Shown here: positions 47,411 to 60,524 of the stretch, in pieces
Position numbering within the stretch: position 1 is the first letter of the stretch
Layout of the letters: each line of letters opens with the position of its first letter
NCBI RefSeq assembly: GCF_000143415.4
Contig: NW_003314275.1
Location: 1,307,955-1,371,954, forward strand
Length of the DNA: 64,000 bases
Direction of reading: 5' to 3'
Origin: Selaginella moellendorffii
Lineage: Eukaryota > Plantae > Lycopodiophyta
Made by a program: the position numbers and the translations under genes
Notes under the pieces: model-generated
Databases searched by the model: none
Seen by the model: the letters and a program-made list of their open reading frames with translations, nothing else
What the model was told of the DNA's origin: nothing

Positions 47411-49813
47411 ATGCGACCCAATGCCGCCGAGGGATTCAGGAGTTCCGGCGCTTGCAGCTCCTGCAGGAGGGTCCGAGGCCGTGCGGCTTCCTCTTTGATC
47501 GACAATAGTGACGGCGATGGAGCATCCAAGAAGTCCGAGGTTCGTATCCAAATTCCCGGTAGGAGCTCGCGCCTGGGCGGATTCAGCCGCAATGGGGCAA
47601 TCTATTCTTCCCAGAAGAAGCAGCAGCAGGAGCAGCAGCAGCGCGGATTCTTGGAACTGGAGGTCGTGGTGAAGAAATGGGATGGGAAATCTAGCTGCAG
47701 GGAGACCGTGGGAGCCGTGATTAAGCATTTGAGGGATGGAGGAGAGGCGCTTACCTTCTTCAGGTGGCTCCAGGCCAGGAACTTCAAGCACGACGTCTTC
47801 ACCTACAATTGCCTGCTGGATAAGCTCATCCGGCACCGCGATTTGAAGCAAGCCGGCCAGGTTTTCGAGAAGATGGTCGCGCAGGGCGTGGTTCCGAATG
47901 GATTCACGTACGCTGTTCTCGTGCAATCGTCGTGCTACGAGAGGAACTCCGACGAAGCCGTGAGGTTTTTCGGTGAGATGGTGGACAAGGGGTTCAAGCC
48001 GAGCTCCACGCTCTACCAGAAGGTTACCGAGTGTCTCAAAGCCACGGGGAAAGAGGGAGAATTTTCCAGAGTTTTTGGAAGAGATTTGGAGAAGCGAGTT
48101 GCGGTGGAGATGATGCTCAAGAAGGCATTGCTCGTCAACTTTGTGATCCAGGACAAAGCTATCGAGGCTTCAAAGCTGTTTAGAGCCATGGTGAAGAGCG
48201 GGTGTAAGCCCGACGCGACGATCTATAGCTACATGGTGCTGGCTCACTGCAAGCTGGAGAATCTCGACGAGGCCTTCAAGCTCTTTCTCGAGATGGCGGT
48301 GGAGTCGAAAGCTCCCCTCAACAACGTTGCCTGGACTGCTTTCCTCAGCGGCCTTTGCAAGTCGGGAAAGATCGAGCAAGCTTTCGAGGCATGTCGGACG
48401 ATGCAAGAGAGCTTGAGCTCATCGCAGCCCGTCTACGACATGCTCATCCGGCTGCTGATCGAGAGCGGCCGTATCGACAAGGCCGAAGAGGCTTGCCTAG
48501 AGATAGCAGGAAGGAACATCCAGCCGAGCTCGGGGACATGTCACAGCGTGATCCAGGAGCTCTGCAAAGCCGGGAGAGTGGACAGCGCTCTGAGCCTCTT
48601 GGAAACGATGATCAAGCGTGGCTACTGCCCGGACATGGCGACTCACTCGATGCTCATCAACGAGCTTTGCAAGGCGGACAAGATCCAAGAGGCACAGGAG
48701 TTCTTGCAAGGCATGGACAGGAAGATCAGCAGCCGTTCTAGCAGCTGCTTCTCCTACAACTCGCTCCTCAACAGCCTCTGCAAAGCCAAGAAAGTCCACC
48801 AGGCTTTCGCCATCTTCAGCACAATGGTGAGCGAGAGGAGCTTCGTCCCGGACGTGGTGAGCTACAGCATCCTCATCGATGGCTTCTGCAAGATCGACGA
48901 GCTCGGCCGCGCCGAGAAGCTCTACAAGCAGATGATCGACCTCAACTGCGTTCCAAACGTGACGACTTACAACGCCTTCCTCAATGGTCTGATGAGGAAG
49001 GGCCGCATCGCTGACGCTCAGGGGGTCTACGAGGAGATGGTCGCGGCTGGCTGCTCGCCGGACGTGATCACCTACAGCACGCTCATCCACGGCTTCAGCC
49101 TGGCCAGGAAACACGACCAAGCCCACGAGCTGTTCGAGACGATGATCAGCCGGGGTTGCCGTCCCAACGCCGTGACTTACAACTGCCTTCTCCACGGCCT
49201 GTGCAAGGAGTCCAAGCCCGACGAAGCTCACGAGCTCTTCCGGAAGATGGTGGAGCGGGGCTGCGATCCAGACAGGGTGACTTACACGACGCTGCTCTAC
49301 GGCTTCTGCAACGTTGGAAAGATCGAGCAAGCGGTGGAGGTGTTTGACGAGATGGTGAGCAAGGGCCACGATCCGGACGTGGTGGCTTACAACTGCCTGC
49401 TCAAGGGGTTCTTCCGAGCAGGGAAGCCTGGCGAGGCCAAGCAGCTGTTCCAGGTGATGGTCTCGCGGCAATGCAAGCCAGACACGGTGTCTCACAACAT
49501 CATGATCGATGGCTTGTCCAAAGCCAAGCGCCTGGACGACGCGGTGGAGGTTTTCGAGAGGATGGAGCAGGATCACGGGTGTTCTCCGGATCTGGTGACT
49601 TACAACAGTCTCATCTTTGGGCTCTGCGGCGAGCAGCGATTGAGCGAAGCCATGAAAGTCTTCAAGGAGATTGACAGGCTCAAGTTGTCCCCGGATCCTC
49701 ACGCTTTCAACGTTTTGCTGGAAGCCATGTACGCAGCTGGCCATAAGCCATTTTCTTCTTCTTCGTCCTCTCCCACGGAAAACCATGTAACATTTGTAGA
49801 AAATGTGGAATAG
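47411..49813 (+). CDS. P-class PPR protein, intronless, likely organellar
   Basis: Tandem 35-aa repeats (PDVVSYSILIDGFCK, PNAVTYNCLLHGLCK); Ser/Arg-rich N-terminus. Confidence 0.92.
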   Translation: MRPNAAEGFRSSGACSSCRRVRGRAASSLIDNSDGDGASKKSEVRIQIPGRSSRLGGFSRNGAIYSSQKKQQQEQQQRGFLELEVVVKKWDGKSSCRETVGAVIKHLRDGGEALTFFRWLQARNFKHDVFTYNCLLDKLIRHRDLKQAGQVFEKMVAQGVVPNGFTYAVLVQSSCYERNSDEAVRFFGEMVDKGFKPSSTLYQKVTECLKATGKEGEFSRVFGRDLEKRVAVEMMLKKALLVNFVIQDKAIEASKLFRAMVKSGCKPDATIYSYMVLAHCKLENLDEAFKLFLEMAVESKAPLNNVAWTAFLSGLCKSGKIEQAFEACRTMQESLSSSQPVYDMLIRLLIESGRIDKAEEACLEIAGRNIQPSSGTCHSVIQELCKAGRVDSALSLLETMIKRGYCPDMATHSMLINELCKADKIQEAQEFLQGMDRKISSRSSSCFSYNSLLNSLCKAKKVHQAFAIFSTMVSERSFVPDVVSYSILIDGFCKIDELGRAEKLYKQMIDLNCVPNVTTYNAFLNGLMRKGRIADAQGVYEEMVAAGCSPDVITYSTLIHGFSLARKHDQAHELFETMISRGCRPNAVTYNCLLHGLCKESKPDEAHELFRKMVERGCDPDRVTYTTLLYGFCNVGKIEQAVEVFDEMVSKGHDPDVVAYNCLLKGFFRAGKPGEAKQLFQVMVSRQCKPDTVSHNIMIDGLSKAKRLDDAVEVFERMEQDHGCSPDLVTYNSLIFGLCGEQRLSEAMKVFKEIDRLKLSPDPHAFNVLLEAMYAAGHKPFSSSSSSPTENHVTFVENVE

Positions 49814-49973
49814 TATACCAGTTCGAGATCAGATTCAAAGATCCTCCCGCTTTCAACGTATTGATGGAAGCCATGCACGCAGCTGGCCATAAACCAGTTT
49901 CTTCTTCGTCTTTTTCATCTTCTGCGGTGGAAAAAAAATGTGGAGTAATATACGAATTCGAGATCCGATTCAC
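49694..49973 (+). repeat. 146-bp tandem duplication of the PPR 3' end
   Basis: GATCCTCMCGCTTTCAACGT...GGAAGCCATGYACGCAGCTGGCCATAA at 49694 and 49840. Confidence 0.85.
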
Positions 49974-50823
49974 ATAAAAAGGAGGACCTTGGAGAAAGGT
50001 TCTGAAAGTCGATAGTGCCAAAAAAGTACTGGAAGTGCAAGAGGAGAAATAAGATCTTGGAGAAAGTTGACAGTTCACTGAAAGTTCAAGAGAACTATTA
50101 AGTGGGAAAGTTGACAAAGGTGATGCTAACTCTGATAATGTCAAAAGAGCGAAAGAAGACAATGTGAATAAAGTCAAACCAAATGTATCTGTTAATCTAT
50201 GACAGGATATTGTGCTATGGAGAGCAATGTAGGAATTTGCAAGAATGAGCTCCGAAATACTTACGTATTTACTACGTATACCGGATAGGATCAAGCTAGA
50301 TGATTCAAGCAAGTGTGCTGTTAAAAATATTTCCTAACGAATCTTTATACGCGCAAGCATACCGCATGAGTACGATAAGGCGCGACTTTCGGCCAGTAAT
50401 TTCTTGGAAATACGGCCAAGTTGCCCTAAACACGTGGCATTCCTGGCGCTGGCCACGTCGCCATCCTCCGAGTCAGCCGGATGCGTTTCCTGTTATGACA
50501 TGTGCCACGCGAGGGAATTTTTTTTTTTTTTGCTTTGCTTTTTGGCTTTCTTGTTTCTAGGTCTGGACAAAGTCGTTGTTCTTCGCGAGCGCCTTTGCTC
50601 CGCACGATGGGATCGTCGGGACGGGCGATCTCTTAGTTGACTTGGATCTCTCCATTTTTTTGCTGCTGTCGATCGCCGGAATGCCGGGCGGCGCTGCTTT
50701 ATAAGCTGCCCTATCGCTGCAAAATATCCGCGCTCTCGATCGATATCGCATCGCTCTTCCATGGATCCATTCCTCTAGTATTGGATCACAGCAGCAGCAG
50801 CAGCAGCGGCGGCGGCGGCAGCT

Positions 50824-53645
50824 ATGGCGGCGAATTCCAATTCCACCTGCAAGCTCGCGTCGACGACCTCCCATGGCATCTGGCAGGGCGATAATCCCAT
50901 CGAGTTCTCGCTATCGCTCCTCATTGTCCAGATTATCCTCGTCCTCACTGTCACTCGCGTTCTTGGCCTCCTTCTCAAGCCACTGCGGCAACCTCGGGTC
51001 ATCGCGGAGATTATTGTAAGTTCTTTAGATAGCGCTAGCGCTTGTTTCGATGATAAGCTTTCTTTCTTTGCTCCGAGAGAGATTTGTTTAATCGAGAGAA
51101 GCGGTGGCCAGTGGACTGATCATAATTTTTTTTTTCACAGGGTGGTGTGCTGCTGGGTCCATCAGCACTGGGGCGAAACAGCGATTACTTGGCGAAGATC
51201 TTCACCAAGCAAAGCCTTTCGATCCTCACCACCTTTGCAAACATGGGGCTGATGTTCTTCCTGTTCATGGTCGGCCTGGAGCTCGATCTAGCATCGCTCA
51301 AGCGCACCGGCAAGCAGGCCGCCGCCATCTCCATCGCTGGGATCTCTCTCCCATTCGCGGCGGGAGTCGGGGTCTCGTTCGTGCTCCACAACACCGTCAA
51401 CCCCGACACGAAGCTCATCCCCTTCCTGGTTTTCATGGGGGTGGCGCTCTCCATCACGGCATTCCCAGTCCTGGCACGCATCCTCGCCGAGAGAAGGCTG
51501 CTCACCACCGACGTTGGAAAGATGGCGATCGCCGCCGCCGCTGCCAACGACGTGGTTGCATGGATCTTCCTCGCGCTGGCCGTGGCACTCTCCGGGACGG
51601 GACGGAGTCCGGCAGTGGCAGCATGGATTCTTCTCTGTGGAGTGGCGTTCGTGCTTGCGATGTTCTTGTTCGTCAAGCCACTGATGGCCTGGATCGCTAG
51701 CCGCTCTCCGGCCGACCAGCCAGTCAAGGAGCTCTACGTTTGCATCGCACTGGGGGGAGTGTTAGTGTCCGGCTTCGTCACGGACTTCATCGGCATACAC
51801 GGCATTTTTGGAGCTTTCGTGTTTGGGCTTATCATCCCTGAGGGACACTTTGCTCACGCACTCATCGAGAAGATCGAGGACTTCGTCAACATTTTGATGC
51901 TGCCCCTCTACTTCGCGGCCAGCGGCCTCCAGACCGACATTGGCAGCATCAGCGGAGCCCGCTCGTTTGGACTCTTGGTGCTCGTCATCGTCACGGCTTG
52001 TGGCGGGAAGATTCTGGGAACTCTGGCCGTGTCAATGGCGTATGGGGAGAACTTTCGCAAGGCGTTGACGCTGGGGTTCTTGATGAACACGAAAGGTCTC
52101 GTGGAGCTTATCGTGCTCAACATTGGCAAGGAAAGAAAGGTAGGCGCATTTCACTTTCTCGTTTACGCTACGTTAGGTGGCTAAACTACAAAAGCGTGAT
52201 TTTGACAGGTGCTTAACGAGGAGATGTTTGCGATCATGGTGATTATGGCGCTGTTCACGACTTTCATCACGACACCGGTGGTGATGGCACTCTACAAACC
52301 AGCCAGAGACCAGGTACCGTACAAGCGGAGGAAACTCAGCCGTCTCTCACCGATCGACGAGCAAGGAAACAAGCAGCTCAGGGTGCTGGCCTGCGTCCAC
52401 GGCATGAAGAACGTCCCGACAGTGATGAACTTGATCGAGTCGATCCGGGGCAGCAACCGGAAGGAGCTCTTCCGGCTCTACATCCTCCAGCTGGTGGAGC
52501 TCACGGAGCGATCGTCGGCCATCATGATGGTCCAGAGGGTCCGGCAAGACGGCCTCCCGGTGTCTCGAGCGGGGGGCTCCTCGTTCGCGGTTGTCAACGG
52601 GATCGCGGTAGCGTTTGGAGCTTTCGCGCAGCTCAACAAGGTGACGCTGCGGTCTCTCACCGCGATCACGGCACTTCCAGACATGCACGACGACATCTGC
52701 ACCACCGCGGCCAACAAGCGAGCAGCGGTCATCATCCTCCCGTTCCACAAGTACGCTCGAGCCGATGGCCTCCTCGAAACCATGCACCCGGGCTTCCAGA
52801 CAGTGAACCAGCGTGTTCTCGTCCACGCGCCGTGCTCGGTGGGGATCCTCATAGACCGAGGAGCTTCCGCACACCAGATCTCCTCCATGAACGTCAACCA
52901 CAGCGTTGCGGTGTTCTTCTTCGGCGGTCCAGATGACCGGGAGGCTCTAGCTGTGGGAATGCGAATGGCCGAGCATCCGGGGATCAAGCTCTCGGTGGTG
53001 AAGTTCATGGTCGATCATCAGCAGCACCAGCAGCAAGAACAGCAGCAGCAGCAGCACGTCGTCTCGATCGACGCTGCCGGCAGTGGCCTCCACGATCAGC
53101 ACCACCTTGGTCACAGCGGCAGGCGTTCATCCGACTTTGCGTCCATGATTCCAAGGCTTACCTCGGTCGACACGAGCTACCATATCGCGCCAGGAACCAT
53201 CGCCAAGGAGGAGAGCGCTCTCGACGAACAGGCATTGGCGGGGCTCAGGGAAGTCCTAGAAGAACAGAAGGACAAGGAGGAGCGTTGGATCTTTTTGGAG
53301 GAAGTGAACGTGGACGGCGATCCCATCCACGCGGTGATGGGCGTGGCCAGGAAGAACGAGCACGGGCTCCTGATCGTGGGGAGAGGTCGCCGGCCCATCG
53401 CGGGGATGGCGTCACTGTCGCGGCGGCAGGCCACGTATGCGGAGCTGGGCCCAGTTGGCGATGCGCTGGCAGTCGCGAATGAAGACGTGGACGATCGCCA
53501 CCATCACCGCGACAGGCAACAGCAGGCCGTGGTTAAGGCGTCGGTGTTGGTGGTCCAGCAGTATGATCCGGTGCTCGTGCCTGGTAACCATGCCGACGTG
53601 GGGGCGGCGCCCACGGCCAAGGTCTCGGAGGGAACCAGCCCATGA
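50824..53645 (+). CDS. CHX: Cation/H+ exchanger (CPA2, CHX family)
   Basis: Exons 50824-51015, 51141-52139 and 52209-53645; LRQPRVIAEI, SITAFPVLARIL, LMNTKGLVELIVLN, APCSVGILIDRG and FFGGPDDREAL. Confidence 0.95.
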
Positions 53646-53734
53646 AAATAGATAAGGAAGCCCTGCTTGATAATAACGAAAAAAGGAATACTTGCTGTAT
53701 ATAGATGAAAAAAATACATTTAATGTACATTTGC

Positions 53735-54015
53735 TGACGTGTTAAGTGACTCGGCTCCATCTCCAAATTCGTCGTCAGCAAATTCTTTTTTTCGTTCTCA
53801 TAGAATTGTTAAATAGAAAGAATTGTTAGTCGTATGTTCTTTTTTTTCTATGTAAGCAAAAAAATATGGGATTATCATGAAACCGACCTTAGCTCAGTTG
53901 GTAGAGCGGAGGACTGTAGTTGCTCAGCAATCCTTTGGTCGCTGGTTCGATTCCGGCAGGTCGGACTCAACCTTTGTGTTTGTGTCAACGTGGAGCCGAG
54001 TCAGTTGACACGTCA
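53735..54015. repeat. 25-bp imperfect inverted repeats flanking the tRNA
   Basis: TGACGTGTTAAGTGACTCGGCTCCA (53735-53759) vs TGGAGCCGAGTCAGTTGACACGTCA (53991-54015), 23/25 complementary. Confidence 0.85.
53883..53965 (+). tRNA. trnY-GUA: tRNA-Tyr(GTA) with a 10-nt intron (53920-53929)
   Basis: Plant nuclear tRNA-Tyr sequence CCGACCTTAGCTCAGTTGGTAGAGCGGAGGACTGTAG...ATCCTTTGGTCGCTGGTTCGATTCCGGCAGGTCGGA; acceptor stem pairs; A and B boxes present. Confidence 0.95.
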
Positions 54016-54127
54016 CATAGAAGCTGGCCCTCATTTTGATAGTGGCCCACTTTCGCGCACAGAACTTATCACTGTCAACAATGACACCAAAAAAAACGAG
54101 CAGAAAAAAACACCAACATTTCTCTTT

Positions 54128-54339
54128 CCCACAGGAACTTCACTTTCTCTTTTTACCTAAGCATAGTTTTTGTGGGGATGAAAAAGGGACCTTTTAGACG
54201 ATAACAAAGCACCAAAACCTCAAATCAAATCCCACAGGACCTTTACTTTCTCTTTTTACCTACTAAAAAGCGTAGTTTTGTGGGGATGAAGAAGGGACCT
54301 TTTAAACAATAACAAAGAACCAAAAGCTCAAATCAAATC
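54128..54339. repeat. About 105-bp tandem duplication
   Basis: CCCACAGGA...TGTGGGGATGAA...CTCAAATCAAAT present twice. Confidence 0.85.
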
Positions 54340-55512
54340 AATCAAGGTCCATTTCCATGCTTGAAAAATGACCAGAAGAAAACAAAACACAAATTACGAA
54401 AATGCAATCCAAAGACAAATTCGAAGACAACACAACAATCGCTTTTCATTGTTTGGTTTTTTTAATTTGAGTGTCAATATGCGGCCTGGAGATTGTTTGT
54501 GTACAGCAGGACATTCAGGCTATCAACCAAGGAAAACACCCAAGTATACGTTTGGAAATACCTTTACAGGTACTAACTGGCATACGCCAATGTATGTGAT
54601 CATCGTGTTGCCATTGCCAGTGGCCGGCAAGTATCAAACAAGTTGGCAAATGGCAATGGAATGTACGTGGTATTTTAGCTCGATTTGAACGTTCGGATCC
54701 AAACAAGTTCAGGTGGGCGTACATTTATTTTTGTTTCAAAAACTTTAATAAAAACATATGTGCACATGTGATGGATTTTAAAAAAGAAAACAATTACAAA
54801 CAAGAAATTGAGATCACGAGATCAATCAAAATGTTGTTTGTGTGGGATCATGCAAGAATCAAGGACAGCATATGCTCGGGATCAAGCGCCGCCACCCACC
54901 GTTCATCCTGACAGCTGGACAAGTCCCCGGCCGTACGATGAGCTCTCCGCCACGTGGCAAAATTAGAGCCGTTAGATCTCTGGCGCGCGATGGAGCTCTT
55001 TTTCAACGAAAGCGTTTTCTTTCCGACCGTGGAGAGCTCAAAAGCGAGGCCCAGAGTGGGTACTTTTTTCGCCTACCAATCTCGAGATTCCAATCCTTTC
55101 CGCCGCTGGGAAAGATTGGAGGATCTAGGAGATAAGTTAAATCAATTGATCGATCTGAGGGCGGAGCTTTGTGGATGGATGATTGATCGATGGGCGCTTG
55201 GATCGCGGAGGAATTCCACGACCCACATTGCCGGTTTGTCTTGGATTGATTCATTCTCTCCTTTCTCCTGGACTCTTGCCGCAATTAGGATGGAACACGC
55301 GAGAAAGCTCTGTTCTTCCCTGGATTTAGATCGCCCATTACGAATCGCGGTGGAGTAGTTGCAACAGCCGAGCACCAATTCCAGACATTCCCATCGATTC
55401 GCCAGGAATTCCCCCCAGATCCAAATGCCTATCACCGGCATTCGCCGCGAGATCCACTGAGAGATAAAGAGGAGGAAAGACGAAGAACGCTACGCATCCA
55501 ATCGATCAATCC

Positions 55513-58500
55513 ATGGACGCCGCCAAGAAGCTCTTCGTGGAGGTATGCAATGCCACAGATCTAATGCCGAAGGACGGGGAGGGATCCGCGAGCCCCTACT
55601 GCGTGCTGGAATTCGATGGCCAGCGCCGGCGAACAGAGCCCAAGAGCAAGGATCTCAAGCCCACCTGGAACACGGTGCTGGAATTCGCGATCCAGGGCCC
55701 GATCGACGACAAGGAGATCGAGATCACGGTGCTGAGTGACAAGAAGACCGGCGGCAAGCAGCGACCACAGTTCCTGGGCCGCGTGAGGATCCCAGCCAAG
55801 AGCGCCGCCAAGAAAGGCGAGGAATCCATCGTCTACTATCCCTTGGCGAAGAGGAGCTTCTTCTCTCACGTCAAAGGCGAGATTGGAATCAAGATGTGGT
55901 GGAGCGACGAGGAACCAGCTCCTCCTCCCGCCGATGGCGATGGCGAGAAGAAAGTGGAAGAGGGCGATGCCAAGAGCGAAGAAGGCGAGAAGAAAACGGA
56001 AGAAACAGCCGCCGCCGCGAGCAGCGATCCCGAGAAGGAGGAGAAAGATGGAGGAGATGGCGATGGAGGGAATGTGGAGAAGAAGGAAGTGGAAGAGAAG
56101 AAGGAAGAAGAAAAGAAAGAAGAGGAGGAGAAGAAAGAGGATGGCGGCAGTGGCGGCGGCGGCGATGGAGAGAAGAAAGAAGACGACCCACCAAAGAAAG
56201 AAGTGGAAGAAGAAGCTAGCGGCGCCGCTACCACCACCGTGGAAGCAAAGAAAGAAGAAGAAGAGAAGCATGGCAATGGCGGCGGCGGTGGTGGCAGTGG
56301 CGATGGAGAAAACACGAAGATCGCCTCCAGGGCGGCGGAGTTTGTCCGGCCACCGCCGCGGCCATCGCCACCCACGATCGTCCCCGCCGGCGAGTTCATC
56401 CTCAAGGAGACCAAACCCATGATCGCCACCAAGGCGATCGGCGACAAGGTGGTCACCTTCGATCTGGTGGAGAGGATGCAGTACCTCTTTGTCCGCGTCG
56501 TCAAGGCGCGCGCACTGGCATCCAAGGATGCCGCCATCGATCCCTTCGCCAAGATCTCGCTGGGATCGCACACCGCGCGCACCAGATCCGTGCCCAGCAC
56601 GCTCTACCCCGAGTGGAACGAGGTGTTCGCGTTTGGCAAGGAGAGGATGGGCGGCCCAGCGCTGGAGATCGCGGTGTCCGACGACCGCGATCCGGATTCC
56701 AGCTTCCTGGGCAGCGTCGTCTTCGAGTTTGCCGAGATCCCAGTGCGCGTCCCGCCGGACAGCCCGCTAGCGCCGCAGTGGTACCGCCTGGAGCGAAAGA
56801 GCCACCATAGCCAGAGCTCGCCAAGAACAGTCCGAGGTGATATAATGCTGGCGGTGTGGCTGGGCACCCAGGCGGACGAGGCGTTCACCGAGGCGTGGCA
56901 ATCGGACTCTGGCGGATACGCGCACACTCGATCCAAAGTCTACCTCTCGCCCAAGCTGTGGTACCTCCGCGTGAACGTGATCGAGGCCCAGGAAGTCCAC
57001 CTGGAGCGCTTCCAGCCCGAGGTGACAGTCCGAGCTCACCTCGGCTTCCAGGTCCAGCGGACTCGGGTAGCCAGCAACCGTACAACCAGCCCGTTCTGGA
57101 ACGAGGACCTCCTCTTCGTCGCCGCGGAGCCATTCGAGGACGATCTGGTGCTGCGAGTGGAGGAGCGCAAGAGCGGCGGCGAGAAGGAGGAGCACGCGCT
57201 GCTGGGGCTCGTCCGGATCGCGCTCTCCGGCGTGGAGCGCCGGATCGACCACCGCCAAGTGAGCTCCCGCTGGTACAACCTCGAGAAGCATAGTGGTGGC
57301 GGCGATGGTAGCGAAGACGAGCAGAAGAAGCATAGCTTCCATGGGCGATTGCATCTCCGGGTGTGCTTGGATGGCGGCTACCACGTCCTGGACGAGCCGG
57401 TGAATCACCTGAGCTGCGCGAATCCAACCGCGAGGCAGCTGTGGAAGGCCGGGGTGGGGATGCTGGAGCTGGGGATCATCCGCGGCAAGGACGTGCTGCC
57501 CATGAAGAACAAGGAGGGGCGGGGGAGTACGGACGCGTACGTGGTGGCCAAGTACGGCTCGAAGTGGGTACGGACTCGTACGGTCATGGACAGCCTCAAC
57601 CCCCGGTGGAACGAGCAGTACCGGTGGGACGTGCACGACCCCTGTACGGTGCTTACCATCGGCGTGTTTGACAACGCCCAGCTCGTGGATCATGGCCACC
57701 ACGATCACCACCATCACCAAAACGTAAGAACTCTCTCTGGCCTCCTATATGATCGTTTAGTCTTCACTGCCAGTTTCTATGATCTCTCTTTGCTTCCCTT
57801 GATCTCTTTCTCTTTACGAAGATCTCTCTTTGCTGATCCACAATCTTTGATTGCTTCCTTTGATCTCTTTGATCGAGATCTTTAGCTATATCTCCACAAT
57901 CTCTCATCGTTTCATATATCTCCACATTCTCTCTTTGATCTCTTTATAGCTCCACAATCTCTCATTGCTTTCTTTGATCTCTTTAGCTATATCGATCAAA
58001 ACTTTGCGAGCTTTTCTAACGTTTTTCTTGTTGCTGTGATTGTGGGCGATCCATCCAATTCAATCCAATCCAACCAGGCCAACCGCGACGCCCGGATCGG
58101 CAAGGTGAGGATCCGGCTATCCACCCTGGAGAGCGACCGCGTCTACACGAACCGCTACCCGCTACTCTCGCTCCAGCAGTCGGGCGTAAAGAAGCTGGGC
58201 GAGGTGGAGCTCGCCGTACGCTTCACCTCCGCGTCCGTACTCTCCATGCTCCAGCTCTACTTCCAGCCGCTGCTGCCGCGAATGCACTACCTCCACCCAT
58301 TGGGCGTCACCCAGGCGGAGATCCTGCGAATATCCGCCATGCGCATCGTGGCCATCCGCCTGGCGCGATCCGAGCCGCCCCTCCGCCAGGAGGTCGTACA
58401 GTACATGCTCGATACGGACGTCAACGTTTGGTCGCTTCGTCGCAGCAAGGTCAACTACTTCCGCCTCATGAGCGTGCTGAATGGGCCAATGGCGGTCGTA

Positions 58501-59067
58501 CGCTGGATGGAGAACATTTGCCACTGGCGCAACCCGGTCACGACCGTACTCGTCCATATCTTGTTCCTCATCCTGGTGTGGTACCCGGAGCTCATCCTCC
58601 CCACGCTCTTCCTCTACATGTTCTTGATCGGGCTGTGGCAGTACCGATCCCGGCCGCGATCGCCGCCATCCATGGAGGCGCGGCTGTCCCAGGCGGAGGT
58701 CGTGGAGCCGGACGAGCTGGACGAGGAGTTTGATCCCATCCCGAGCGCCAAGGACCCGAATGTGATCCGGGCGAGGTATGATCGCGTGAGGATCGTGGCG
58801 GCCAGGATCCAGAATGTGTTGGGCGATCTGGCGACGCAGGGGGAGAGGGTCGGGGCGCTCCTGAGCTGGAGGGATCCCAGGGCGACGGCGATCTTTGTCA
58901 CGTTTTCGCTGGTTGTGGCGGTGGTGCTGTACGTGGTGCCCATCCGGGTGATCGTGGTCGTGGCGGGGCTGTACGCGATGAGGCACCCGAGGTTCAGGGA
59001 CCCGCTGCCGGCGGCGCCGATCAACTTCTTTCGGCGGCTGCCATCGCTGGCGGATCGCATCCTCTAA
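55513..59067 (+). CDS. MCTP: Multiple C2 domain and transmembrane region protein (FTIP/QUIRKY family)
   Basis: Four C2 domains (FDLVERMQYLFVRVVKAR, SPKLWYLRVNVIEAQ, TDAYVVAKYG) and a PRT_C tail (DELDEEFD, LSWRDPRAT, NFFRRLP); intron 57724-58077. Confidence 0.95.
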
Positions 59068-59267
59068 AGAAGATCTGGAGTGGAAGAAATCTCCCACTTC
59101 TCCTGGTATAGTTCTTACGCACCAGAAAAAGAACTCATCCTCTGGTGAGACCAGCAGCGAGTGATCGAAAACAAGGCCAAGCTCGCAGGGAAAGACCGAT
59201 CTCAATGGAACTCTTCATGGTGCCACCCCGCCACCCCAATCATAATGTGCTTTTTAGGGTTCTTGGG

Positions 59268-60469
59268 ATGGAATGCATATGGGTCAAGAGAGGCGATGAT
59301 TTACGTCTAGTGCCGCTAGAGGGTGGGTTTTTCCTGGTAGCAGATGTAGCCAGGCACTATGGGTTAGCTCCAGAGAGTCTCGCTGTGGGTAGCTTAGCTC
59401 TCATCCAGGATTCTTATGGGAAATCACGTATGACGTTCGAGCAGATAATTGGTTTCGCTCGATCGTGTGGTCTGGGTGATGGATCGCAAGAGAATCCTCT
59501 CCAGATCAATGGGAGAAAGCAGCCGCTGTCTCGGAGAGAGGAAGAAGAGGAAGCAGCTGCAGCGTTTGCGGAGACCCCGCTTGGCAAGGCGTTCGACGAG
59601 GCCGAAGAACACATGTTTGAGGTAACGCGGGTGTGGAATTTGAAGAGAGCGAGAACAGAAGTTTTCTTGGATGAATTGAGGGAAGGGATATACGGCTACA
59701 GGGCGAAAATGAGAAAGTCGAGCACACTGGAGAAGGAGATGAAGAAGTTTGTGTGCTCTGTGCACATCATCTCCAGTAAACGTCTTCGTGATCGGACGCT
59801 TGATCCCAACACTGCCACGGGCTTTGCGACGCTGATCGATCCGGAAGGATTGTGTATCACAGTTGCCAAGTGTGTGGAAGAGCTGCGAGATGAGATGAAG
59901 ATCATGGTCAAGTTCCTGGAGGAGGATGCTTTCTACGAGTATAAGATCAGTGAGCGTACCACTTACGGCACTGGCCCGATGATCGTGTACTTGGAGCCGG
60001 TGGTGGGCGTAAACTTTGGCCAGTGCATGTATGTCCATGGAGATGTAGATGAGTTTATGGACACGCTCTACACTTTTGGTCCCTCGTTGGAGATGGTACG
60101 TGGTGTTTACCTCGACCCAGATGTGGTACTGTTTGGCTCGCTTGCGCTACAGCCAGGTGCTCCAGTTTTTACCGAGGATGGAAGCTTGCAAGGAATTGTG
60201 ATGAATCCCAAGCTTGGCAAGTTGGGACGGAAGGGCAACAACAAGATTACCACAACAAGAGCAGCAGCTGAGGAATCCAAAAGAGCCAAGTTAGAGGAGA
60301 AATTGGGCTATGCAGTTGGTAAATTAATCACACTTCCTTTCCTCTTTCTAGATGTTTTATATTTGGTTCTGTGGTTTTTCAGGACGGAAGCCTCGCTATC
60401 TGAAAGCTACAACGAAGAGTTTGGTCGAGCTCCTTGATCCTCATTCATCGGATTATTCCGGTAAGACGA

Positions 60470-60524
<55 letters not shown>

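Noticed and set aside
54490-54715. Exon-like fragment containing WNVRG (LINE endonuclease-like)
   Set aside because: Isolated five-residue match with an in-frame stop upstream and no other LINE motifs.
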